Shown here: piece by piece, positions 10,752 to 18,323 of the stretch
Layout: each line of letters starts with the position of its first letter
How positions within the stretch are numbered: the stretch's first letter is position 1
NCBI GenBank assembly: GCA_963663405.2
Contig: CAXXSM010000147.1
Location: 1-40,016 of the forward strand
Length of the DNA: 40,016 nucleotides
Direction: 5' to 3'
Source of the DNA: a bacterium
GTDB taxonomy: Bacteria; Hinthialibacterota; Hinthialibacteria; Hinthialibacterales; Hinthialibacteraceae
Translations under genes and position numbers: made by a program
Notes under the pieces: model-generated
Database searches by the model: none
What the model was told of the DNA's origin: nothing
Seen by the model: only the letters and a program-made list of their open reading frames with translations

Positions 10752-12411
10752 GTTTCTGTTGCGGAAAGAAAAAAAAGATAAAAAAGAGCGTTACGAAATC
10801 ATAGCCCATTCCTTACAAGAAAGTCAGGCAAACTCAAAAGAAGGAAAGGGCTATGAGAAGTAAGATCAACTATCAAAGAACATTCAATTATAAACCATCG
10901 ATCGGCGTGAAAGTCGTTCAAGAGTACGTTACCAAATATGAAAGGATTGATGAGATTTTACAAGAGAATCGAGAGATTTTGGATGTTGTGCATGCCGATT
11001 TCGAGCGCTACATATCTTGTTCAAAGAAAGGCCGGGATGGAGATTATACGACCGAAGAGATTTTTCGCGCGATTCTGGTTCTGTTTCTTGAACAATGGAG
11101 TTTCCGGAAAACCGTAGTGAATATTGATACCAATCTAGTGCTCCAAGAATTTGTAGGCCTTGGATTTAAACCGGTGATGGATTTTACGTTTTTGAATAAA
11201 GCCTACTGCGCTCTCTCCGATACCACGTGGGAGACGATCAATCAGGCGCTGAATCAATATGCGCGGCAGGAGGAAAAAATCGGCGGCGAGAAGTTGCGTG
11301 TCGATAGCACAGTGTACGAAACCAACATTCATTATCCAACGGATTCGTCCTTGCTATGGGATAGTTTACGCACATTGGCGCGGCTGTTCAAGGAATTGAA
11401 AGACGAGATGAAAGCCGCTGGAATGACGCATCGCTTTCACACGAAAAAAGTGAAGAAATTGGCGTATTATATCAGCCGGAATGGGAAGAGCCAAAGTAAA
11501 CAGAAACAGCGGAAAGTTAAAAGTACATACCGGACATTGATCGACCGGGTGCGCTGGATTGTAGGAGTCGCGAAAGAGACCGTGCAAAAGTTGGAAGACT
11601 CCGCGTGGATAGATCTATCCGAACTAAAGCATTATCAGCCGATAGTGGAAAAGATCATTCACCAGGCCGAACAGCGCGTGTTCAATGGGGTGAAACTGCC
11701 CGCCACCGAGAAAGTCTACAGTTTGTTTGAAGAGCATACGGAACTGCTCAAACGGGGCAAAGCGGGGAAGCCGGTCGAATTTGGGCATAAGATTTTGGTG
11801 GCTCAGAACGAAGACAAATACATCACTCACTATGAGGTGTTACCCGAACGAAAAGAAGACAAGGACCTGCTCGAGGGAACTCTGAAGGCGCATAAAACGT
11901 TGTTTAAGAAAGCGCCGCGCGTGATAGCGGCGGATCGGGGATTCTATCAAGATCGCGCCCAGCTAAAGAAATTGGGGGAAGAAATTGAAACCGTATCCAT
12001 TCCCAAGAAGGGCTCACGAACGGAGGAAGAGAAAGCGAGAGAAAGCACGGATGAATTCAAGGAAGGTCAACGGTTCCGGGCGGGCTCGGAAGGTTCCATT
12101 GCCGTCTTAAAACGGGCGTATAAGTTAAGAAAATGCCTGTTTAAGGGATTTAAGAATTTTGCGGTCAGCGTAGGGTGCGCGGTGTTTTGTCATAACCTTG
12201 TTTTGCTGACCCAATTGTAGGATCCCAGATCCGGGCAGTAAAAAAACAGAGATTGAATCGACATTGAAGGGGAGGTCTGTCAAAAATCAGTACATTCAGG
12301 GTGAGGAACGCCTTTTAGATTGCTGACTCATATTGACGGCGGCAAAGCTAGTTGTCATATTCAGTGAAGTTTATGTGGTCCGACTCAAAATCGGCTTTCC
12401 GTAACAGAAAC
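10752..12411 (+). mobile_element. ISNCY/IS5-like insertion sequence with intact ends
   Basis: 17-bp TIRs GTTTCTGTTGCGGAAAG (10752-10768) and CTTTCCGTAACAGAAAC (12395-12411), 16/17 match; 6-bp target duplication TAGTTA at 10746-10751 and 12412-12417. Confidence 0.9.
10853..12220 (+). CDS. ISNCY/IS5-like DDE transposase
   Basis: LRVDSTVYETNIHYPTDSSLL, RGKAGKPVEFG, AADRGF, RFRAGSEGSIAVLKR. Confidence 0.9.
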   Translation: MRSKINYQRTFNYKPSIGVKVVQEYVTKYERIDEILQENREILDVVHADFERYISCSKKGRDGDYTTEEIFRAILVLFLEQWSFRKTVVNIDTNLVLQEFVGLGFKPVMDFTFLNKAYCALSDTTWETINQALNQYARQEEKIGGEKLRVDSTVYETNIHYPTDSSLLWDSLRTLARLFKELKDEMKAAGMTHRFHTKKVKKLAYYISRNGKSQSKQKQRKVKSTYRTLIDRVRWIVGVAKETVQKLEDSAWIDLSELKHYQPIVEKIIHQAEQRVFNGVKLPATEKVYSLFEEHTELLKRGKAGKPVEFGHKILVAQNEDKYITHYEVLPERKEDKDLLEGTLKAHKTLFKKAPRVIAADRGFYQDRAQLKKLGEEIETVSIPKKGSRTEEEKARESTDEFKEGQRFRAGSEGSIAVLKRAYKLRKCLFKGFKNFAVSVGCAVFCHNLVLLTQL

Positions 12412-12611
12412 TAGTTAGATTGTGTTGCAGATTCATTTTTTTCGCTTGAATCCCATTCATATTTGGCATTGTAATATCCATTAAAATTACATTTGCCTTA
12501 GAATTTTGAACAAAGTTGACGGCTTCTTCTCCATCGCTTGCCTCCGCGACAATCTGCATATCGGGTTCTTCATCCAATACATGACGGAGACTTTCGCGTA
12601 ATACATCGCGG

Positions 12612-12770
12612 ATCGGGTCGGGGCCGGACTGGTTACCGGCTCCCTCCCACACCACCGGACAAGCGGTTTTCCGCATCCGGCGGTTGAACCCGGCGACTCT
12701 AAATGGCCGCAAAGTCAATTGGTACGTGAAATCCATATTGTCTAAGGGTCTTATTGTTTAGCGCCACCTG
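12612..12770 (-). ncRNA. Group II intron 3' remnant (end of RT/maturase ORF plus domains V and VI)
   Basis: Minus strand reads AACCGCCGGATGCGGAAAACCGCTTGTCCGGTGGTGTGGGAGG..GACCCGAT (DV with CGC triad, DVI, AT 3' end), preceded by the RT C-terminal peptide QVALNNKTLRQYGFHVPIDFAAI*. Confidence 0.85.
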
Positions 12771-13031
12771 TCCGGAGTCTCGAACCCCGCGGATGGACGT
12801 TGTAAGAACCACACGTCGCACACTGTAATTTCTCCGGATCTTGAATAATCGTGAATTGGGTTGCTCCCTTCAGATAATCGGTCCTCTTATATTTGTAACC
12901 TCGGATTCCTAAAATATGATATAATAAACTCGTGGACATGCTTGCTCTCCTTTTTCTAACTTTAACCAGTTAGGAGAGTTAAGCCTGTCCGCTCTTTTTT
13001 TAAAGCTTTTAACCCAATTTCCGGATGAACC
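12768..13031 (-). mobile_element. Truncated ISL3 element (left TIR plus first ~55 codons of transposase)
   Basis: GGTTCATCCGGAAATTGGG TIR at 13031 is identical to that at 24958; peptide MSTSLLYHILGIRGYKY..CATCGSYNVHPRGSR closely resembles the 25049 ORF. Confidence 0.9.
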
Positions 13032-13110
13032 CTATTTTTTGGTCTTTTTTATGTAAGGTTTACACTTTTTAACGGACTACATTTCATAAGTCCTTTAAAT
13101 TCAACGAGTT

Positions 13111-13127
13111 CTTTCCGGACAGTAGTG
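13111..13127. mobile_element. Possible orphan IS terminal inverted repeat
   Basis: CTTTCCGGACAGTAGTG resembles IS ends (compare CTTTCCGTAACAG at 12395); no partner found in the window. Confidence 0.35.
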
Positions 13128-13178
13128 TGCGGAGCAATTACGTGCGGAAGGGTATACTAGACAATCCGGAAATCAAAC

Positions 13179-13206
13179 TTGACAAGTTAACGCTCTTTTC
13201 TATAAT
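13179..13206 (+). promoter_or_regulatory. Consensus sigma70 promoter
   Basis: TTGACA (13179-13184), 16-bp spacer, TATAAT (13201-13206), 33 bp upstream of ATG 13240. Confidence 0.75.
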
Positions 13207-13239
13207 CAATCCATATTTTCATGGTTCATAAGGTTTGAA

Positions 13240-14757
13240 ATGAAACATACGTCACATAATTTAGAAAAATTCTTCAATATTCGTATCTTTTTTATTTTTT
13301 TTACGTTTTTGTTTTTGTGTTTATCCATTCCGATTCTTTCATTTGGCTTGTACAACGAAGGCACGATAAAAATTCAACCCATATATATCTACACTGGAAA
13401 CCAAGCAGAAAAGAAAGATCTTGATAAAGCCGATATTCATCTGAAATATTCTTTGATCTATGCTAATGAAATATTTAGCCAGGTAGGAATCAAGATCGAA
13501 TCGCTATCACCCTGGCGAAGTTTTAAGGAGATCCATGACCCAAACGATCGCTGGGGAACAAATCCAGATCATATCATCAGTTCAAGAGAATTTACTCTAA
13601 TGTTAAATACCTATGGACCCAAAGTTCCATCTGGTGTCATACCCGTTTTTTTTGTAGAACATTTTCGTGTCCATTCTGATAAAGGTGATAGTATAGTAGT
13701 TCAAGCTAACGGTCAAACTAGAGCTGAAAGTAATGTTCCAATAATCAAACGATCTGGCATTCTCATCGACTTAAAAAATGGAAGATTTGATTGGATAGGA
13801 CTCAGTTATGATATACTCGCACATGAACTTGGCCATTTTCTACTGAATGACGCCTGTTTTTTGTCTAATTTGATCGATTGTGGTCATTTGAATGAAGAAT
13901 CCAATTTAATGGGCGCTGGTCAAGTTCGTCCAAGGATTACAAGTCATGATCCAAAAAGAAAGGTTGCACCGACTGGATACCTATGCAAAATCGATTTCTT
14001 GCCTATGAGTTTACCGCCCTCTTCAGGATCTTTTGACATCAACTCGGTTGAAGCGATGTATACTCGATCCAAGTACAATTATTCCACCGTTCCTCATACG
14101 AACTACATCCAATACAGTCCAAAGGATCCCATTGGGAAGTTCTCGATGAAGCTTCTCCCCGTTTCAGTTGTCCCCTTACTCATCGACACACAGTCCAACG
14201 ATCTGATGGTGTGGTCTGTTTCTTTCCCTGAAACCGAAATTTCCAATGAACGTATGGATGTTGAAATAACGGAACGGAAAGTGCCATTTTTTATGCCTTC
14301 CGAACAAAAGAAGGCAATCAACCATGCCGAAATCACGGTTTGGTCCCGCTTAATCGAAGGAACATACCAATGGAGTAGTTTTCTTCAAGAAGAATTCTGC
14401 ATCGATATTTTTTTTGAAAATCATTTTCAGTATGAAATTCCTAGTACATTGCAAGTACCTGCCAGTTTGGAATTCAATTTAGGAGATATCGAAAAGTATT
14501 ACATACTTGAATTGCAAATTGACGATACCGAATTTTATGAACAAACCGTTGAGGTGTATAAAAACTATGATTTTACAGAAATCGAGAAACCGGATGAAAT
14601 ACCCGAGGATATCATTCAATTTCTTGATTATATTGGCTTGAAGAACTTTGCCGAGGATATCTATCACAAAAAAGATCGAAACGTGATTTTTATTCCTGCA
14701 GATGAGCTGGATGGAGCCGAGTCAATCCGCTGGAAATTTCGCAAAAAAAACGGATAA
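13240..14757 (+). CDS. Secreted zinc metalloprotease-like protein (metzincin-like)
   Basis: Hydrophobic N-terminal signal/anchor; ILAHELGHFLL (HEXXH) followed by a third His (CGH) and a Met-turn-like SNLMG. Confidence 0.7.
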   Translation: MKHTSHNLEKFFNIRIFFIFFTFLFLCLSIPILSFGLYNEGTIKIQPIYIYTGNQAEKKDLDKADIHLKYSLIYANEIFSQVGIKIESLSPWRSFKEIHDPNDRWGTNPDHIISSREFTLMLNTYGPKVPSGVIPVFFVEHFRVHSDKGDSIVVQANGQTRAESNVPIIKRSGILIDLKNGRFDWIGLSYDILAHELGHFLLNDACFLSNLIDCGHLNEESNLMGAGQVRPRITSHDPKRKVAPTGYLCKIDFLPMSLPPSSGSFDINSVEAMYTRSKYNYSTVPHTNYIQYSPKDPIGKFSMKLLPVSVVPLLIDTQSNDLMVWSVSFPETEISNERMDVEITERKVPFFMPSEQKKAINHAEITVWSRLIEGTYQWSSFLQEEFCIDIFFENHFQYEIPSTLQVPASLEFNLGDIEKYYILELQIDDTEFYEQTVEVYKNYDFTEIEKPDEIPEDIIQFLDYIGLKNFAEDIYHKKDRNVIFIPADELDGAESIRWKFRKKNG

Positions 14758-14758
14758 T

Positions 14759-15109
14759 ATGACTCATCCAATACCTCGTCCAGTGTTTGCAGGGGATTAC
14801 AATTATGATGGAAAATACGGAATTGAAGATCTCAATATTCTAGTTAAATTAGTAGGTGAAATTTCTAATGAATTGGATATGACTGGTGACAGCGTGATTG
14901 ATGTTCAAGATCTAAGGATGCTCATCGAGAATCGAATCCGTACTAAAATGGGTGACATCAATTTGGATGGAAAAGTTGATATTACCGACATCATACAGCT
15001 TTCGAACAATTGGTTTTTCTTCAATCCCAATGCTGGATGGCAACATGGGGATTTCAATGGTGATAACATTGTAGACAATATAGATCTTTTGTTCCTACTA
15101 TCACAATGA
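14759..15109 (+). CDS. Dockerin type I/EF-hand-like repeat module, probably the frameshifted C-terminus of the upstream protease
   Basis: GDYNYDGKYGIEDL, DMTGDSVIDVQDL, GDINLDGKVDITDI, GDFNGDNIVDNIDL; frame is open through the A8 run at 14743-14750. Confidence 0.75.
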   Translation: MTHPIPRPVFAGDYNYDGKYGIEDLNILVKLVGEISNELDMTGDSVIDVQDLRMLIENRIRTKMGDINLDGKVDITDIIQLSNNWFFFNPNAGWQHGDFNGDNIVDNIDLLFLLSQ

Positions 15110-15442
15110 TCATTTCAATTGATCGACATAGGTAGGTCCTCGCGGACCTTCCCTGTCACACCACCGGGCTTACAGGTCCGTAACACGGTGGTTCAGAGAA
15201 GTTAAGCAATCGTAGAGATTCGTATAATCTTGGAAGACCAAGAGAGTCGAAATAGGCATTAGGCAGATCTTTGTTAACGCTCGCATGACGCGACATTTTC
15301 CAGCAGTTCGTAGGAGAACCGGTAGCGATTGCGGCTTGAAGATGAGGAACTTCCAATCGACGAAGTTCACGATATCGAGTGGGCCCATTACTCCATTGAC
15401 GCCAGATATATAGCCTGTTTCATAAAATTTACGACAAAGAGA

Positions 15443-15471
15443 TTGACAATAATTCATAAATTATATATACT
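15443..15471 (+). promoter_or_regulatory. IS630 transposase promoter, probably giving a leaderless mRNA
   Basis: TTGACA-17 bp-TATACT with ATG 7 nt downstream; no SD. Confidence 0.65.
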
Positions 15472-15478
15472 GTAATTT

Positions 15479-16489
15479 ATGAAAGAATCCAAATATTCTA
15501 CCTATGATATTCGTATGCGCGCTGTCAAAGCCGTTCTTCAAGGCATGTCAGTCCAAGACGTCGCCAAAGCGTATTCCACTCATCGTTCAACGGTTCATCG
15601 CTGGGTAAGCCGCTATACACAGCAAAACGGGGCCCAAGGATTAGTCAGAAAACCAGGAAGTGGACGCCCCCCGAAATTGGCAAGGTTAGACAAAGAGGAT
15701 TTGTTCTCAATTGTTTTACAACCGGCTTCTCGCTTTGGGTATGAAACAGATTTCTGGACATGCAAACGTCTCCGTCAAGTCATCCAGAATCAATTCGGGA
15801 TCGTTCTCTCCAAGTGTACTGTGTGGAGGCGTCTTCGGAAAGCCAATTTGACTTACCAAAAACCAGAACGCCGCTATTACGAAGCGAGCGAGGCCACGCG
15901 ACAAGAATGGCTTCAAACCGAATTGCCTAAAATTAAAGAAGCCGTAAAGAAACACAAGGCGATTCTTTATTTTGAAGACGAATCCAACATCTCCCTCACG
16001 GCGCTATTGGGAAAGACATGGGCGCATCGAGGGAAAACTCCCACTCAGGTTGTGACGGGCAAACGAGGGGGAATAGCCGCGATGTCAGCGATTAGCCCGC
16101 ATGGGAGTCTACTCTTTACTTTACATGATAAGAGAATTGCCTCGGAAGAAATCATTCATTTCCTGGACCAATTATTAAAACACCATAACAGAAGGCATAT
16201 CGTTGTTGTCATGGATCAAGCCCGTCCCCATACTTCGAAGACAACAAAAAACTATATTGAGAAACAAAAACGTCTTCATGTTTTTTATTTACCGCCCTAT
16301 TCTCCAGATTGGAATCCAGACGAACAAGTGTGGAATCATTTGAAGAATCAAGAACTCAAAGGACACCAAGCAAAGACAAAAGAAGAAATGAAGGAGTTAG
16401 CGGAAAGTAAACTAACAAAAATGGCTAATAATCCACATACAGTGCGAGGAATTTTTTTTCGATGTCATGTCGCAGATTTAATGAAATAG
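15479..16489 (+). CDS. IS630-family transposase
   Basis: HTH VAKAYSTHRSTVHRWV, GSGRPPKL, FEDES, VMDQARPH, LPPYSPDWNPDE. Confidence 0.95.
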   Translation: MKESKYSTYDIRMRAVKAVLQGMSVQDVAKAYSTHRSTVHRWVSRYTQQNGAQGLVRKPGSGRPPKLARLDKEDLFSIVLQPASRFGYETDFWTCKRLRQVIQNQFGIVLSKCTVWRRLRKANLTYQKPERRYYEASEATRQEWLQTELPKIKEAVKKHKAILYFEDESNISLTALLGKTWAHRGKTPTQVVTGKRGGIAAMSAISPHGSLLFTLHDKRIASEEIIHFLDQLLKHHNRRHIVVVMDQARPHTSKTTKNYIEKQKRLHVFYLPPYSPDWNPDEQVWNHLKNQELKGHQAKTKEEMKELAESKLTKMANNPHTVRGIFFRCHVADLMK

Positions 16490-16597
16490 GCTATACATCC
16501 GCAATCTTCTACGAATCCAAGACTCAAGAGCCTGAAGCACTTTCAGAGTTTGGCAGAATCCAAAGTAACCTCGCCACCCAATCAGGTATCGTCTCAA

Positions 16598-16656
16598 TGT
16601 AGTGGCGGCAACGGTCAGAAACTGAGCCAGTGCAACGTTTAGTTTTTGAGCCACCC
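16598..16656 (+). mobile_element. IS21-like terminal remnant
   Basis: Begins TGT exactly where intron RT homology stops; contains two TGAGCCA internal repeats, as in IS21-family ends. Confidence 0.55.
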
Positions 16657-17017
16657 ATGTACTGTTTTAGCGAACTTTGGTTCGTATTTCAAGTTGTAAC
16701 AAAACGAAAAAATTAGTGAATTTCTAGGTTTCAATTTCCTTTGAGAGAATTCTCAGTCTCGAAAAATCAAAAGTTGTATGGCGATCGAGAGAGCGCGATG
16801 TGATATACTAACGTTACCAGGTGAAACGGAGGCCGATTGACTGGCGAGTCACCGGCCAAGGGATAATCCTTCTGTTTATTGGTTTTTGTCATTGTAGAGT
16901 GATTACATTTCTTTCTCCTATTTATAGATTTCTATTCCTCAGCCGATAGATGGATTTCCCAAAAAGATCCCTCGGCCAACTGGTGTAATCGTGGCCAGTT
17001 GGCCGGAGGTGTAAGGA

Positions 17018-17581
17018 ATGAACAACCAACAAAAGGAATCTGCAATACAGAGAACAACTCCACAGAATTTGGTCTGTGCCTGCAAGGGGATGATTGATGA
17101 TACGATTGAGAAACTCGGGAAACAGCTGGAGCAAGGTATTTCCTTTGAAATGAGACGGTATTTGAAAACCATGTCCCTATTTCCTCAATTTTCTCTTGGC
17201 AATCAAATCCTCATTCTCAAACAAAAACCTTCCGCCACTCACGTAGCCGGATTTCGAGTCTGGAAACGGCTAAACCGGTATGTCCGCAAAGGCGAGAAAG
17301 GAATCAGGATTTTGGCTCCTTGCAAAATTCGTAAAAAGAATCCTGAAGAGAACAAAACCATCGAGATGGAGCGTCACAACGAAAATGATGAAGAGGAAGA
17401 ATTGTTGGTTGGATTCCGGATTGTGCATGTATTTGATGAATCGCAAACGGGCGGTAAAAAAATACCACAACCATCCACTAACTGTTTTTCTATGAAAAAT
17501 TTTATATTCTTGGCTCTAACACCTTGTGATACTTCTACTTGCAACCTGTTGGATAGAGGAGTGGTGAGAAATCCGGGCTAA
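17018..17581 (+). CDS. ArdC-like N-terminal ssDNA-binding domain protein (antirestriction family), probably C-terminally truncated
   Basis: FSLGNQILI..Q.P.ATHVAGF..WKRLNRYVRKGEKGIRILAP and VFDESQTGG; no HEXXH metalloprotease-like domain follows. Confidence 0.78.
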   Translation: MNNQQKESAIQRTTPQNLVCACKGMIDDTIEKLGKQLEQGISFEMRRYLKTMSLFPQFSLGNQILILKQKPSATHVAGFRVWKRLNRYVRKGEKGIRILAPCKIRKKNPEENKTIEMERHNENDEEEELLVGFRIVHVFDESQTGGKKIPQPSTNCFSMKNFIFLALTPCDTSTCNLLDRGVVRNPG

Positions 17582-17598
17582 AAACCATAGGTGATAAG

Positions 17599-17829
17599 AT
17601 GGCGATTTACAACCAGAAACAGTCTAGTGAGACAGCGAAACGTCCTGTTGAATATTTAACTCGTCAAGAAGCGGCGGACTATCTTCGTATTTCAGTGCGC
17701 TTATTGGATCAAAAAGCGGCTGGAGGTGAGATTGTCTACTATAAACTAGGAAACGGCCCTACAAGCCGGGTACTCTATAAATTCACGGATCTGAAGAAAT
17801 ATATTGAAAATTGCCGAATAGAGATATAG
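17599..17829 (+). CDS. Excisionase-like HTH DNA-binding protein
   Basis: YLTRQEAADYLRISVRLL..G.I.YYKLG..VLY..DL pattern; RBS AGGTG; adjacent to an att site. Confidence 0.82.
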   Translation: MAIYNQKQSSETAKRPVEYLTRQEAADYLRISVRLLDQKAAGGEIVYYKLGNGPTSRVLYKFTDLKKYIENCRIEI

Positions 17830-17915
17830 TATCTTATCTTTAAAACGTGGGCGCCATTTGGTCACCATTTGGAAATTGGAAGATAAAAGAGAGTTGTAAG
17901 TCTAGTAAAATCAAT

Positions 17916-17959
17916 CAGGCGTGGAGGGACTCGAACCCCCAACCTGCTGATTTGGAGTC
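17916..17959 (-). other. 3' half of tRNA-Trp(CCA), interpreted as an att site of an integrated element
   Basis: Minus strand GACTCCAAATCAGCAGGTTGGGGGTTCGAGTCCCTCCACGCCTG contains the CCA anticodon loop, T-arm GGTTCGAGTCC and acceptor 3' strand; D-arm and 5' acceptor strand are absent. Confidence 0.8.
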
Positions 17960-18323
17960 CGTAACCAGCAAGTAACTATAGGTAACAATAAGTAGTTTAA
18001 AGTAAATAAATTCAAAACATTATGACTAACTCTCCTTCTTCTGAATATCACCATTTTTACCCTTGTTCACTTATAGTTACCAGAAATTTGGGCAAAATTT
18101 GGGCAAAACTTTTTTTAAAATACCTCGATCTCTATATGCTGAAACTCGATCACCTGATGCTACTCTCGATTTATCCAGCCCATCAGAATGTGACCAAGAA
18201 GATGTGTCATACCGCAAAATGATGTTCATCGTATCCCATGCTATAAGTGAATGCTGCTATAGAATTGGAAGAAGGAAACGGTATGTCAATACGCCGAGAT
18301 CGCGGATTCGATACGTAACCTCT

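Larger units (their letters stand above)
10714..12611 (-). pseudogene. NarL-type response-regulator receiver domain, split by the IS at 10752-12411 and cut at its 5' end by a group II intron remnant
   Basis: 12412-12611 encodes VLRESLRHVLDEEPDMQIVAEASDGEEAV..VILMDITMPNMNGIQA. Removing the IS and one TAGTTA copy continues it in frame as ..HNLTTKITGLSTSF* (stop 10714-10716). Confidence 0.8.
15411..16493 (+). mobile_element. IS630-family insertion sequence
   Basis: 26-bp imperfect TIRs TAGCCTGTTTCATAAAATTTACGACA and (reverse complement) TAGCCTATTTCATTAAATCTGCGACA; TA duplication at 15409-15410 and 16494-16495. Confidence 0.92.
15122..16597 (-). mobile_element. Group II intron 3' remnant (maturase X domain plus DV/DVI) interrupted by IS630
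   Basis: Removing IS630 gives LRRYLIGWRGYFGFCQT..SWIRRRLRMYIWRQW..LPNAYFDSLGLPRL; DV-like GAACCACCGTGTTACGGACCTGTAAGCCCGGTGGT (15160-15194); end CCTATGTCGAT at 15122. Confidence 0.88.

Noticed and set aside
12371-12736. 121-aa ORF as an intact gene
   Set aside because: Chimera of intron DV/DVI sequence, a receiver-domain fragment and an IS end
12612-16597. RT-Cas1, retron or DGR link to the CRISPR locus
   Set aside because: Only maturase C-terminal fragments remain, with no RT catalytic core; they are ordinary intron relics
17916-17959. Functional tRNA-Trp gene
   Set aside because: No D-arm or 5' acceptor strand, and the anticodon stem is mispaired
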